A stretch of 64,000 bases of DNA from Sediminispirochaeta sp. (lineage in GTDB: Bacteria; Spirochaetota; Spirochaetia; B11-G9). Shown here piece by piece: positions 1 through 9,457 of this stretch (positions within the stretch are counted from its first letter, which is position 1; each line of letters starts with the position of its first letter). The stretch spans positions 26,678 to 90,677 of the forward strand of contig JANTFL010000001.1 of NCBI GenBank assembly GCA_024763455.1. The letters run 5' to 3'. Position numbers and translations under genes: made by a program. The notes under the pieces were generated by a model that saw only the letters and a list, made by a program, of their open reading frames with translations, was not told the DNA's origin and ran no database searches.

Positions 1-27
1 CTTTAAAAGAGAGTAACGGAGGTACGT

Positions 28-876
28 ATGATTCGCGGTTTGTATACCGGTGCAAGCGGAATGGTAGCACAGATGCACCGTATGGATGCCCTTGCCAACA
101 ACATAGCCAATGTGGATGTAACGGGGTATAAAAAGGACACATCTGTAAGCAAGGCTTTCCCGCAGATGCTGTTACGTAGGATGAACGATGACGGGCTGTA
201 CAAGTTCCCCTTTGGAAGTATTGATGTTGCCCCTGTTATAGGAACCCTGGGAACAGGGGTAGAGTACAACGAATCCTACACTATCTTCAGCCAGGGGGCC
301 ATGAAACAGACTGAAAACCCCTTTGATGTTGCCCTTGACGGGAAAGGATTCTTCTCGGTAGATGTTGACGGTAAGGAAAAATACACCAGAAATGGTTCTT
401 TCCTGATTAACAGCAGCGGTGTTCTGGTAACTAAAGAGGGGCATCCCGTCCTTGGAGAAAAGGGAATTATACAGTTAAAGAAGAATAACTTCGTTATAGA
501 TGAAAAGGGAAATGTTTATCAAAACGCAGCTTTTGCAGATGATCCCGGAAGACTGGTTTCTATGAGGGAAAACGAATGGGATCAGTTGGAACTTGTGGAT
601 AAACTAAAAATTGTTGATTTTAAACGGCCACGGTATCTCAAAAAAGAAGGAAGCAGTTTCTGGAAGGATACTGAGGAATCAGGCAAGGCTGCCATAACAG
701 ATACAGGAAATGAAACGAAGGTTCTTCAGGGGTTTCTGGAAAGCAGCAATGTTAATCCGGTTACCGAGATGGTTGCAATGATTCAGGTGAACAGAGCTTA
801 TGAGGCAAATCAAAAGGTAATTCAGACCCAGGATTCATTAACCGGAAGAATACTGAATGACGTACTGAGAGTTTAA
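28..876 (+). CDS. flgF: flagellar basal-body rod protein, FlgF/FlgG family (proximal rod paralog)
   Basis: The N-terminus MIRGLYTGASGM...ANNIANVDVTGYKK and the C-terminus VNPVTEMVAMIQVNRAYEANQKVIQT are the conserved rod-protein terminal motifs. GGAGG sits 8 nt upstream. The next gene is a second rod protein. Confidence 0.8.
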   Translation: MIRGLYTGASGMVAQMHRMDALANNIANVDVTGYKKDTSVSKAFPQMLLRRMNDDGLYKFPFGSIDVAPVIGTLGTGVEYNESYTIFSQGAMKQTENPFDVALDGKGFFSVDVDGKEKYTRNGSFLINSSGVLVTKEGHPVLGEKGIIQLKKNNFVIDEKGNVYQNAAFADDPGRLVSMRENEWDQLELVDKLKIVDFKRPRYLKKEGSSFWKDTEESGKAAITDTGNETKVLQGFLESSNVNPVTEMVAMIQVNRAYEANQKVIQTQDSLTGRILNDVLRV

Positions 877-893
877 GAAGGAGAGTTAGTCGT

Positions 894-1688
894 ATGATGA
901 GATCACTATGGACTGCAGCATCGGGAATGACCGGACAGCAGTTTAACATAGATACAATTTCGAACAACCTGTCAAATGTAAACACAACCGGATTCAAAAA
1001 AATGAGAGCCGATTTCGAAGACCTTATTTACCAGACTTCCAGGATTGCGGGTACTCCTGCTACTGAATTGACAACGGTTCCCACAGGGATACAGGTTGGT
1101 CACGGTGTAAAGGTAGCTGCTACTCAAAAGGTGTTTACCCAGGGAGCGCTGCAGAGTACCGGAAACATTGCAGACCTTGCAATTCAGGGAGAAGGATTTT
1201 TTAGAGTACTGCTTCTTGACGGAAGTTACGGTTATACAAGGGACGGTTCTTTCAAAATTGATTCAAACGGACAGATTGTAAACTCCAATGGTTACCGGCT
1301 TATGCCGGAAGTCACTCTGCCGGAGAACTTTGTTAGAGAAAGCCTGGCAATTTCCCAGGACGGCAGGGTTACGGTTAAGGTTGCCGGTAATGATAACCCG
1401 ATTCAGGTAGCGCAGCTGGAACTTTACCGCTTTGTAAATCCTGCAGGGCTTCAGTCGATAGGCCAGAACAATTTTAAGGTAACCAATGGTTCAGGACCTG
1501 CAATCGGCGGGAGACCGGGATTTGACGGAATGGGTCTTGTAAACCAGAAATTCCTTGAGATGTCAAATGTTTCCGTTGTTTCAGAAATGGTAAACATGAT
1601 TGTAGCCCAACGGGCTTATGAGCTTAATTCCAAGGCTATTCAGACCTCTGATACAATGCTTGGAATAGCAAACAATCTAAAGCGGTAA
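894..1688 (+). CDS. flgG: flagellar basal-body rod protein FlgG (distal rod)
   Basis: Carries MMRSLWTAASGM...SNNLSNVNTTGFKK, the FlgG core GEGFFRV...GYTRDGSFKIDSNGQIV, and the C-terminal SEMVNMIVAQRAYELNSKAIQT. Confidence 0.85.
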   Translation: MMRSLWTAASGMTGQQFNIDTISNNLSNVNTTGFKKMRADFEDLIYQTSRIAGTPATELTTVPTGIQVGHGVKVAATQKVFTQGALQSTGNIADLAIQGEGFFRVLLLDGSYGYTRDGSFKIDSNGQIVNSNGYRLMPEVTLPENFVRESLAISQDGRVTVKVAGNDNPIQVAQLELYRFVNPAGLQSIGQNNFKVTNGSGPAIGGRPGFDGMGLVNQKFLEMSNVSVVSEMVNMIVAQRAYELNSKAIQTSDTMLGIANNLKR

Positions 1689-1700
1689 AGGAAGTGATGG

Positions 1701-2018
1701 ATGAACAGTATTGATTCACTTTACAGTCTTAATATTCAAAACAGCAGTATCGGAAAGACACAAGATATGAAAAACAGCCTCCGGAGCAGCAATGACCGGA
1801 GGCTGAAGGATGCATGCAGCGACTTCGAAGCACTGTTTATCAAACAAATGCTTGATTCCATGCGAAAAACAGTAGATAAAAGCGGATTACTGGACGGTGG
1901 AATGGCTGAAAATATCTTTCAGGATATGCTTTATGATAAATATGCAGAAAAAATGAGTAAAACTGGAAATTTTGGAATAAAAGATATACTTTATAAACAG
2001 TTAAAAAGTGTCTATTAA
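1701..2018 (+). CDS. rod-binding protein (FlgJ N-terminal Rod_binding domain-like)
   Basis: The motif DFEALFIKQMLDSMRKT...FQDMLYDKYAEKMS is typical of the Rod_binding domain. It lies immediately downstream of flgG. Confidence 0.65.
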   Translation: MNSIDSLYSLNIQNSSIGKTQDMKNSLRSSNDRRLKDACSDFEALFIKQMLDSMRKTVDKSGLLDGGMAENIFQDMLYDKYAEKMSKTGNFGIKDILYKQLKSVY

Positions 2019-2112
2019 ACTATACAAAATTCTGATCCAATCTCTTATGAATTATATAATTACTTACAATGTAAATAAATAGATATTTAATTGGTAAAAT
2101 GATGTTTTTGGC

Positions 2113-2982
2113 ATGAAACTTGCATGTTATTATGCAGGAGCTGTTATGAAAAGAAATATAGAGAACGAAGAAAGTGCACTGAAAACATATTTTAACCAGA
2201 TTCAGAATACGCCCCTGCTAAGTTTTGAAGAAGAGCTTGAGCTTTCACGTAAGATCCAGAAGGGTGATGAGACTGCCAGGCAGCAGCTTGTCAAGGCTAA
2301 TTTAAGACTTGTTGTCAAGATTGCAAAAGCCTATACAACGGCAGATTACAGTTTTCTTGATATCATTCAGGAAGGTAATCTGGGGCTTATAAAAGCCGCA
2401 TCCCGGTATGATTATAAAAAAAATGTGCGGTTTTCAACCTATGCAGCATGGTGGATAAAACAATCAATAGTCCGGGCTTTATCAAAAAAGAAACGACCTA
2501 TACGCCTTCCGCACCGAAAAGAAGAGCTTTTAAAAAGGATTCAAAGAACATATTACGTTCTGAATCAAGAGCTTTCTAGAAAACCATCAGTTGAAGAGAT
2601 TGCAGAAGAGTTACAAGAAAAACCGGAGGATGTTGCGGCCCTCTTAAACTCCTCGACCCCCCTTTATTCTTTGGACAGTACCTTAAATGAGGATTCTTCA
2701 ACTCTCATGGATATGTACGAAGATACTACCTTCGATCCGGATGAGATGCTTATGAAGAAATGTTTTAAGGAAGAAACCATGCATTTCCTTGAACATCTCC
2801 TGGAAAAAGAGAAACAGATACTTATGTACCGGTTTTCCTTTTACGGAGGTAAGAAGTACACTCTTAAAGTAATTGGAGAGGAGATGGGCATCTCACCGGA
2901 AACAGTCAGGCAGATTGAGATGCGGGCTATCAGGAAGCTGAAAGACCATGCCAATGAGCTTAAAGATTTCATTTACAACTGA
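2113..2982 (+). CDS. RNA polymerase sigma factor, sigma-70 family group 2 (RpoS-like); start may be the ATG at 2146
   Basis: Region 1.2 reads NTPLLSFEEELELSRKIQKGD. Region 2 reads NLRLVVKIAKAYT...DIIQEGNLGLIKAASRYDYKKNVRFSTYAAWWIKQSI. Region 4 HTH reads LKVIGEEMGISPETVRQIEMRAIRKL. The ~290-aa length fits RpoS rather than RpoD or FliA. Confidence 0.7.
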   Translation: MKLACYYAGAVMKRNIENEESALKTYFNQIQNTPLLSFEEELELSRKIQKGDETARQQLVKANLRLVVKIAKAYTTADYSFLDIIQEGNLGLIKAASRYDYKKNVRFSTYAAWWIKQSIVRALSKKKRPIRLPHRKEELLKRIQRTYYVLNQELSRKPSVEEIAEELQEKPEDVAALLNSSTPLYSLDSTLNEDSSTLMDMYEDTTFDPDEMLMKKCFKEETMHFLEHLLEKEKQILMYRFSFYGGKKYTLKVIGEEMGISPETVRQIEMRAIRKLKDHANELKDFIYN

Positions 2983-3026
2983 TAGAGTGTTGACCAAGAG
3001 TATAAATAATACTATTTTCTACTTCA

Positions 3027-3935
3027 GTGAAGAAAGGTAACGGAAAACTACTACTTGTATATATTCTTCTTGGGGTAATCGCAGCTGCCCTCTTGCTGAC
3101 CCTTGTTATACTACCGCCGGGGGCAATACAGGGAACGGCAGAAAGGGAAACAGAAAAAAGAGAGATAGAGAACGCGGAAGTAAAACCTCCGGAGCATCTG
3201 CCTGAGAGTCAGCCCGGGAAAGAGATCGTTAAAAAACCGCCGGCAAAAGGGCATCTTATCTTTGTAATCGATGATGTCGGAAACAATCTTTTTCAGTTGA
3301 AACCCTTTCTTGATCTCCCTTTTAAAATAACTTTTGCTATTTTACCCGGGCTGCCCTATACTGAAGAAGCTGCTGCGATGATCCATAAGGCAGGGAAGGA
3401 ATATATTCTTCACCAGCCTATGGATGCTGTCAATGGAGGTGATACAGGACCCGGAGCCATTCATACAGGGATGTCATTAGACGAGGTAAGGCATAGTGTT
3501 ACCGTAAATCTTGCACCCCTCCCTTATGCTCAGGGAATTAACAATCACATGGGTTCGGCCGGGACGGCAGACAAGGATTTAATGGTTTCGTTGTTTACAG
3601 TTTTAAAGGAAAAGGGTATGTTCTTTCTTGACAGCCGAACAACATCAAATAGTGTCGGGGCAGAGGTTGCCGCCCAGATAGGGCTTCCGTTTGCTGAAAG
3701 GAGTGTTTTTCTGGACAACAATAAAGAGAAAAAAGCGATAGAAGAATCCATTGAGAAGGGTGTTGATATTTCTGAAAAGAAAGGACATGCGGTTATGATA
3801 GGTCATATCTGGTCTGCAGAACTTGCAGAGGTTCTTCTTGAAATGTATCCAGCACTACTGGAGGATAATTACACTTTGAATAATCTTACTGAGCTTTTTA
3901 TGGGATATAAGGACGATGAAGATACTTGGTATTGA
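3027..3935 (+). CDS. divergent polysaccharide deacetylase family protein (YibQ/DUF610-like), N-terminal membrane anchor
   Basis: GTG start. Signal-anchor LLLVYILLGVIAAALLLTLVIL. Motifs HLIFVIDDVGNN, ILPGLPYT, HQPMD, INNHMGS. Confidence 0.6.
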   Translation: MKKGNGKLLLVYILLGVIAAALLLTLVILPPGAIQGTAERETEKREIENAEVKPPEHLPESQPGKEIVKKPPAKGHLIFVIDDVGNNLFQLKPFLDLPFKITFAILPGLPYTEEAAAMIHKAGKEYILHQPMDAVNGGDTGPGAIHTGMSLDEVRHSVTVNLAPLPYAQGINNHMGSAGTADKDLMVSLFTVLKEKGMFFLDSRTTSNSVGAEVAAQIGLPFAERSVFLDNNKEKKAIEESIEKGVDISEKKGHAVMIGHIWSAELAEVLLEMYPALLEDNYTLNNLTELFMGYKDDEDTWY

Positions 3936-4929
3936 AAGCTCTTGTGATGAGTGTTCCGCCTCTGTTGTAGAAGATGGAAAAAAAATTTTAAGCAATGTAA
4001 TTGCTACTCAGATAGACTTTCACCGGGAGTACAATGGTGTCGTTCCTGAAATAGCATCGCGGCTGCATACTGAATGGATACTGTCTGTCGTGCGAGAAGC
4101 ACTTGAGAAAAGCCATTTGGCCCTTGGGGATATAGACGGTATTGCAGTAACTGCCAGACCGGGATTAGTCGGTTCACTTCTTGTCGGGGTTAGTTTCGCA
4201 AAAGGGATTGCTCTCTCTCTGGACAAACCATTAATTGGCGTTGACCATATAAGGGCTCATCTATACGCTCCTCATCTGGAGTATGATATTGAATATCCCT
4301 ATCTGGGGCTGCTTGTGTCAGGGGGACATACCGTGATAAGCAGAGTTGATGGGTTTGATACTATAGCTGTAATGGGGACCACCATCGACGATGCCTGTGG
4401 AGAAGCTTTCGATAAGGTTGCAAAGTTTTATAAGCTTGGGTATCCCGGAGGGGTGGCAATTGATAATCTATCCTCCAGGGGTGATCCGGAGGCCTTCGCC
4501 TTCCCGGACCCTTCGTTGCACAAAGGTGATCACCGGTATGACGTATCATATTCAGGTTTAAAAACAGCTGTAATCAATCAACTGGATCAATTCTGGAACG
4601 GCAAAAGTGAAAAGAGTAATGAGAACATTGCTGCGAGTTTTCAGAAAGCTGCAGTCGGCATGCTTATAAAAAGAGTTAAACGGGCTGTAGAAGACACGGG
4701 GATTACAACTGTTGTTGCCGGAGGCGGAGTTGTTGCCAATTCGTTACTACGGTCTGAGCTTAAAAATATCAAAGACGTCAAGGTGATTGTTCCTTCAATC
4801 AGCTTGTGTACCGATAACGGAGCCATGATTGCCGGGCTTGGTTATCATTACCTGAGTACAGGGATTACATCAGACCTTTCGTTAAACGCTTCTGCCAGGG
4901 TTCAGGCCTTCAGAAAGAAATATCCTTAA
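3916..4929 (+). CDS. tsaD: tRNA N6-adenosine threonylcarbamoyltransferase TsaD (Kae1/Gcp)
   Basis: Carries MKILGIESSCDECSASVV...YNGVVPEIASRLH...GGVVANSLLR. Overlaps the upstream gene by 20 nt. Confidence 0.9.
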   Translation: MKILGIESSCDECSASVVEDGKKILSNVIATQIDFHREYNGVVPEIASRLHTEWILSVVREALEKSHLALGDIDGIAVTARPGLVGSLLVGVSFAKGIALSLDKPLIGVDHIRAHLYAPHLEYDIEYPYLGLLVSGGHTVISRVDGFDTIAVMGTTIDDACGEAFDKVAKFYKLGYPGGVAIDNLSSRGDPEAFAFPDPSLHKGDHRYDVSYSGLKTAVINQLDQFWNGKSEKSNENIAASFQKAAVGMLIKRVKRAVEDTGITTVVAGGGVVANSLLRSELKNIKDVKVIVPSISLCTDNGAMIAGLGYHYLSTGITSDLSLNASARVQAFRKKYP

Positions 4930-4937
4930 TAACTCTA

Positions 4938-4966
4938 TTGACAAAATGATAGGGTTTTTGTACATT
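4938..4966 (+). promoter_or_regulatory. sigma-70-type promoter: TTGACA(4938-4943)-17 nt-TACATT(4961-4966) for the tRNA-Gln/Glu pair
   Basis: Consensus -35, exact 17-nt spacer, -10 hexamer 4/6. The predicted TSS lies about 8-10 nt before the tRNA 5' end. Confidence 0.5.
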
Positions 4967-4983
4967 ACCACGGTAACATTCTC

Positions 4984-5055
4984 TGGCCTATTGTGTAATT
5001 GGTAGCACAGCGGATTCTGGTTCCGTCAGTGAGGGTTCAAGTCCTTCTAGGCCAG
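4984..5055 (+). tRNA. tRNA-Gln (anticodon CTG)
   Basis: Cloverleaf read by eye. Acceptor TGGCCTA/TAGGCCA, D-arm TTGGTAGCACA, anticodon stem GCGGA/TCCGT with loop TTCTGGT, T-arm GGTTCAAGTCC. Strong similarity to bacterial tRNA-Gln. Confidence 0.8.
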
Positions 5056-5061
5056 CTGCTT

Positions 5062-5133
5062 GGTCCCTTCGTCTATCGGCTAGGATGGAAGATTCTCAGT
5101 CTTCAGAGAGGGGTTCGATTCCCCTAGGGACTA
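5062..5133 (+). tRNA. tRNA-Glu (anticodon CTC)
   Basis: GGTCCCTTCGTCTA...GGTTCGATTCCCCTAGGGACT closely resembles canonical bacterial tRNA-Glu. Anticodon loop TTCTCAG. Confidence 0.8.
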
Positions 5134-5135
5134 GA

Positions 5136-5170
5136 ACGGCCTTTCTTGTGATTGGCCGTTTTTCTTTTTT
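5136..5170 (+). terminator. rho-independent terminator
   Basis: Stem ACGGCC...GGCCGT with a 12-nt loop, followed by TTTTCTTTTTT. Confidence 0.6.
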
Positions 5171-5188
5171 ATGATATACTCTTAAATA

Positions 5189-6892
5189 ATGAACAATTCC
5201 GTATTTGACAAACTAATTTCCGGTCTCACAGTGGAAGAGCGGATGAAAATGGCGGAGAAGATGAAAATCTCTTCCGTAATAACCAGTGAACCGCTTGTTG
5301 TAGAAGACGAAACAGCAGCTTTAGATTATTCAACCTATGTTCATAATCTGTCTATTATTGAAAGGCTGATAATTTTTCTAAAATCCCTCTTTTCCTCAAA
5401 CGAGTATGAAAAAGTTCTGGGTGATCATTTAATCAGTAAACTTGGTAAGAATGTGGAACGGAAAAGCCCCGGCATCATGCATTACCATGAAAGAGAGTTT
5501 ACCCAGGGGTTTTATGTCGAAATAGTAAATTTCAGAGATTCACTTTTAGATCTGAAGGAATATATCTGTACTACCCTTGAAATAAACAAGATGGATTTTC
5601 TTGCATTCCTTGGTGGATGGTTTCTTCCGCAAATTCATCAGCGGTTTATCAGTGAAACTGATCCCTGGGCGCTCAGTAAGGAAAATGATGAGCTTCTAAA
5701 TTTCGAGATCCGCAGGGAACTGGAATTCCGTCTGGAAGATATTCTGAGCTCTGTTTCAGAAGATGAGCGGAGGATGATGTACCGTTACTCCCGTTCTCTT
5801 CATATACTCAATACGCTCTTAAAGTTCGACTTTAATCATATCCTGGATGCTTTTGGACCTTCCGGGACAAAACAGGGAAAGGTCTGCAGATTTTCAGATA
5901 TCAGGAACAGTTTGAAAGAACTGGACAATATACTGTACAGCTTCAGGTTCCCACCGGAGCAGGATCTATTCAGGGCAGTATACTATTACTACAGGATTAA
6001 AGAAAACCAGGATCCTGAGGATGTTGATAAAGTGAGAGAGTTTCTCGAAACAGCTGAACAGACCATGAAAAGCATACGGTTATTCAACAAAAAGATACCT
6101 ATGGACACTATTCTTAAAATTGTTTACAGAAACATCAGTTATAATCCCACTGAAATAAGCGGGGGAGAAGACTGGTTTGCTCTGTATAAAAAGTTTTGGT
6201 ATAAAAAATTTGAAGTCTCCATGCTTACATTTACCTTGGAGAATAAAAAGAAAGAGCTGCTGGCCGAAAACAAAGAACGACTGAAGGTAGATAAGATTCA
6301 GTACCTTACCTATTACCGAAACAGGATCTGGGGGAATGACCTTTCGATACGGTATGAAGAATCAACTGCAATTCTTTATACTTTTTTGTTAACCATGTAC
6401 ACTCGTGAGATCCTTCCAACTTTGAAACTTATTCTTGAGGATGGCAAGTTTTATAAGAAACAGAACCAGCAGGAATTCACTTCATCATACACATCAATTA
6501 TACAAACTCTGGAAAGATTAAAGTTTCTTGACTCCTCACTTGCACCGGGAGGCGAGTATGCTCTGGAGATTGAGTCAATCAAGGAGGGTGAAGAGGGTGA
6601 TCTGGAGAAGATCGACAGAATACGGAAATTGTTTCTGAGAATAGATGAAAAGGTGGAATCGATAATAATGGACTTTGTCTCATCCTTAAATCTTATGAGC
6701 AGACTCCTTAAAGGGATAACTCATGGAGATGTGGGCGGACCCTACGATACCCTTTCAAACCTCGGGTATATAGGCAAAGGTAAAAATAATGATCTACTGT
6801 CCCTTCTGATTCAGATCTGCTACACCCTGGACGGGTTCCTTGAAAATTTTACTGCCTTGTACGATGTCGAGAAGAGCAGTGCTGCAGAATAG
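5189..6892 (+). CDS. hypothetical protein (567 aa), no recognisable domain
   Basis: Long uninterrupted ORF in the sense orientation of the neighbouring operon. Cytoplasmic-looking composition, with no TM segment or signal peptide. Confidence 0.55.
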   Translation: MNNSVFDKLISGLTVEERMKMAEKMKISSVITSEPLVVEDETAALDYSTYVHNLSIIERLIIFLKSLFSSNEYEKVLGDHLISKLGKNVERKSPGIMHYHEREFTQGFYVEIVNFRDSLLDLKEYICTTLEINKMDFLAFLGGWFLPQIHQRFISETDPWALSKENDELLNFEIRRELEFRLEDILSSVSEDERRMMYRYSRSLHILNTLLKFDFNHILDAFGPSGTKQGKVCRFSDIRNSLKELDNILYSFRFPPEQDLFRAVYYYYRIKENQDPEDVDKVREFLETAEQTMKSIRLFNKKIPMDTILKIVYRNISYNPTEISGGEDWFALYKKFWYKKFEVSMLTFTLENKKKELLAENKERLKVDKIQYLTYYRNRIWGNDLSIRYEESTAILYTFLLTMYTREILPTLKLILEDGKFYKKQNQQEFTSSYTSIIQTLERLKFLDSSLAPGGEYALEIESIKEGEEGDLEKIDRIRKLFLRIDEKVESIIMDFVSSLNLMSRLLKGITHGDVGGPYDTLSNLGYIGKGKNNDLLSLLIQICYTLDGFLENFTALYDVEKSSAAE

Positions 6893-6899
6893 AGAGGAT

Positions 6900-7589
6900 A
6901 TGCTCATCTTTAGCCCCCCCATCGACGGTCCAGACATCCTGATCAGTTTAAAAAAAGCAGGGAATATGGCCTATCGGGAGAATGGGATAACTCCTGAACG
7001 GCTAAATTTCTATGCTTCAATCGGGATAGATTCTGAAAGAGTTGTCAGTTGCCGTCAGATCCATTCCCGGAATATATTTCTGGTGGATAATCATCCGGAA
7101 GAAGAGCTACAGGGGGATGGCCTGATTACAGGAAATAAAAACCTTATACTCTGCGCTACTGCTGCTGATTGTATGCCGGTTTATTTATTTGACAGAAATA
7201 GCGGAAGTTTTGGAATTGTTCATTCTGGTTGGAAGGGGACCGGGATTGCAGCCGATGCGGTAAAAATATTCACGGAAAAAATGAATTCCCATAGAGATGA
7301 TCTGGTGGCGGTCATGGGTCCTTCTGCCGGGGTATGCTGCTACGAGGTGGATGAAGAACGATACCATATTTTTCGGAGAAAATGGGGAGCTGAAAGCGTT
7401 GATAAGAGGGATGGATCCTACTATATTGATTTGCCTTCGGCGAACAGGCATATTCTGGAGAGTACAGGATGTAAAAACATTTACAGTTTTCACGAGTGTA
7501 CAATCTGTAATGACATATACGGTTCATTCCGGAGGGAGGGGCCCGGCAGTTTTACCCTGATGCTTGCAATGATCGGTTATTTTAGATAA
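6900..7589 (+). CDS. pgeF: peptidoglycan editing factor PgeF/YfiH (DUF152, purine nucleoside phosphorylase/laccase-domain family); the ORF is open from 6840
   Basis: Motifs LCATAADCMPV, GIVHSGWKGT, MGPSAGVCCYEVDEE, FHECTICN. The MLIFSPP start avoids an overlap with the upstream stop. Confidence 0.75.
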   Translation: MLIFSPPIDGPDILISLKKAGNMAYRENGITPERLNFYASIGIDSERVVSCRQIHSRNIFLVDNHPEEELQGDGLITGNKNLILCATAADCMPVYLFDRNSGSFGIVHSGWKGTGIAADAVKIFTEKMNSHRDDLVAVMGPSAGVCCYEVDEERYHIFRRKWGAESVDKRDGSYYIDLPSANRHILESTGCKNIYSFHECTICNDIYGSFRREGPGSFTLMLAMIGYFR

Positions 7590-7613
7590 TCTTGGACTTC
7601 CGAGGAGAATGTA

Positions 7614-9374
7614 ATGGAAGCTTTAAAAAATATTTGGAAAGACAGGATAAAAAAGGCTCTTATTGATTCAGCAGAAAAGTACGGGCTTGATGCCGGATCT
7701 GTTGATGGTATCCCCCTCATTCTTGAGACACCACCGAAAGCGGAGCTTGGCGATATAGCCTTTCCTCTTTTCCCCTTTGCAAGGGTATTTAAGCGAAATC
7801 CTGCCCAGATTGCTGCAGAAGTGGCTGAGATTTTAAACAGAGATTCTTCGTTCGGGTCTGCCGAAGCGGCGGGACCCTATATAAATATTAAACTCGATCT
7901 CTCAGGGCAGATTGAGAAAACCATTCTTGCAGTGAACAGTGAAGGGAATGACTACGGGAGAACCTCTCTTTACAAAGACGAAAAAATAATGGTTGAGTTT
8001 TCCTGTCCCAACACGAACAAACCTCTCCATTTGGGGCATCTGAGAAATGACTCCATCGGCGAGAGTGTTTCCAGAATTTTGGCAATGAACAGTGCTGATG
8101 TCAGGAAAGTTAATCTGATTAACGACCGGGGTATACACATCTGTAAATCAATGCTGGCTTATAAAAAATTCGGAGGAGATACTACTCCTGAAAGCGAAGG
8201 GATAAAAAGTGATCACTTTGTGGGAAAGTACTATGTCAAATACAACGAGTGGTCAAAGGAGTATCCCGGAGCTGAGGAGGAGGCACGAGCAATGCTCAGG
8301 GCGTGGGAAGCAGGCGACCCGGAGGTTACGGCATTGTGGAAAAAGATGAACAACTGGACAATAAGCGGTATTCAGGAAACCTACCGCAAAACCGGAATCA
8401 GTTTTGATACCTTCTACTATGAAAGTGAGACGTATAAAGCCGGGAAAGAAGAAATTTTAACTGGTCTGGATAAAGGTGTATTCTATGCTGAAGAGGACGG
8501 TTCAGTGTGGGCAGATCTTTCAGAGATAGATCTCGATAAGAAGGTCCTCTTGAGGAGCGACGGTACCTCACTGTATCTTACACAGGATATTGGAACTGCT
8601 ATTGCACGCCATAAAGACTGGCCCTTTGAAAGGTTACTATATGTTGTCGGGTCTGAACAGCAGTATCACTTCAAAGTGCTCTTTTACATTCTCAAAAAAC
8701 TGGGGTTTAAATGGGCTGAAAAGCTCTACCATCTCTCCTACGGTATGGTTAACCTTCCCGAGGGTAAGATGAAATCACGGGAAGGAACGGTTGTAGATGC
8801 AGACGATCTGTTTCAGGAACTGAAAAGGATTGCCTTCGAAGAGATCGAGTCAAAGGATAGAATCAGCGAAGTTGGAGATGTTGAGAAGACAACAGATGCC
8901 GTTGCCCTTGCTGCCCTCAATTACTATCTGCTACAGGTTTCACCGGGCAAGGATATGATATTTAATCCCAAGGATTCAATATCCTTTAATGGAAATACTG
9001 GTCCGTATCTGCAGTACATGGGAGCCAGGATTTCAAGTATGCTCAGAAAATTTGAAAAAAAAGAGAATCAGTATGCCGGAACAGCCCCGGATTTCAGTTC
9101 CCTGAATGAGGAATCTGAAAGGGAGCTTGTAAAACTTCTTTCCGCTTTCCCCGCAGTTGTGAAGGAAGCGGCAAAAGAGCTGAATCCGGCTGTTGTGGCA
9201 GGTTATTTATACAATCTTACAAAACTTTTTAGCAGGTTTTATCATGATGTGCCTGTTTTGAATGATGAGAACAAACAGCGTGTTTTGGCAAGAGTTGAGC
9301 TTGTAAAAGCTATTCGGCAGGTTCTCAAAAACGGTTTTTTCCTGATTGGGGTTCCCTTTCTGGACAGGATGTAA
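7614..9374 (+). CDS. argS: arginine--tRNA ligase
   Basis: Class I HIGH motif PNTNKPLHLGHLRN, a KMSK-like MKSREG, and the C-terminal anticodon-binding DALR region. 586 aa. Confidence 0.9.
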   Translation: MEALKNIWKDRIKKALIDSAEKYGLDAGSVDGIPLILETPPKAELGDIAFPLFPFARVFKRNPAQIAAEVAEILNRDSSFGSAEAAGPYINIKLDLSGQIEKTILAVNSEGNDYGRTSLYKDEKIMVEFSCPNTNKPLHLGHLRNDSIGESVSRILAMNSADVRKVNLINDRGIHICKSMLAYKKFGGDTTPESEGIKSDHFVGKYYVKYNEWSKEYPGAEEEARAMLRAWEAGDPEVTALWKKMNNWTISGIQETYRKTGISFDTFYYESETYKAGKEEILTGLDKGVFYAEEDGSVWADLSEIDLDKKVLLRSDGTSLYLTQDIGTAIARHKDWPFERLLYVVGSEQQYHFKVLFYILKKLGFKWAEKLYHLSYGMVNLPEGKMKSREGTVVDADDLFQELKRIAFEEIESKDRISEVGDVEKTTDAVALAALNYYLLQVSPGKDMIFNPKDSISFNGNTGPYLQYMGARISSMLRKFEKKENQYAGTAPDFSSLNEESERELVKLLSAFPAVVKEAAKELNPAVVAGYLYNLTKLFSRFYHDVPVLNDENKQRVLARVELVKAIRQVLKNGFFLIGVPFLDRM

Positions 9375-9389
9375 AGGCTTTGGCGGTAT

Positions 9390-9419
9390 TGACCAGCTTT
9401 ACCCGATTATGCTATAAGG
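9390..9419 (+). promoter_or_regulatory. sigma-70-type promoter TTGACC-18 nt-TATAAG upstream of rplU
   Basis: -35 at 9390-9395 and -10 at 9414-9419. Positioned about 40 nt upstream of the rplU start. Confidence 0.4.
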
Positions 9420-9457
9420 TATTCACTTAAGAATATAGATTTGTTGAGGTTGACTTC

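Noticed and set aside
3-269. 88-aa minus-strand ORF
   Set aside because: It is antisense to the clearly conserved flgF N-terminus.
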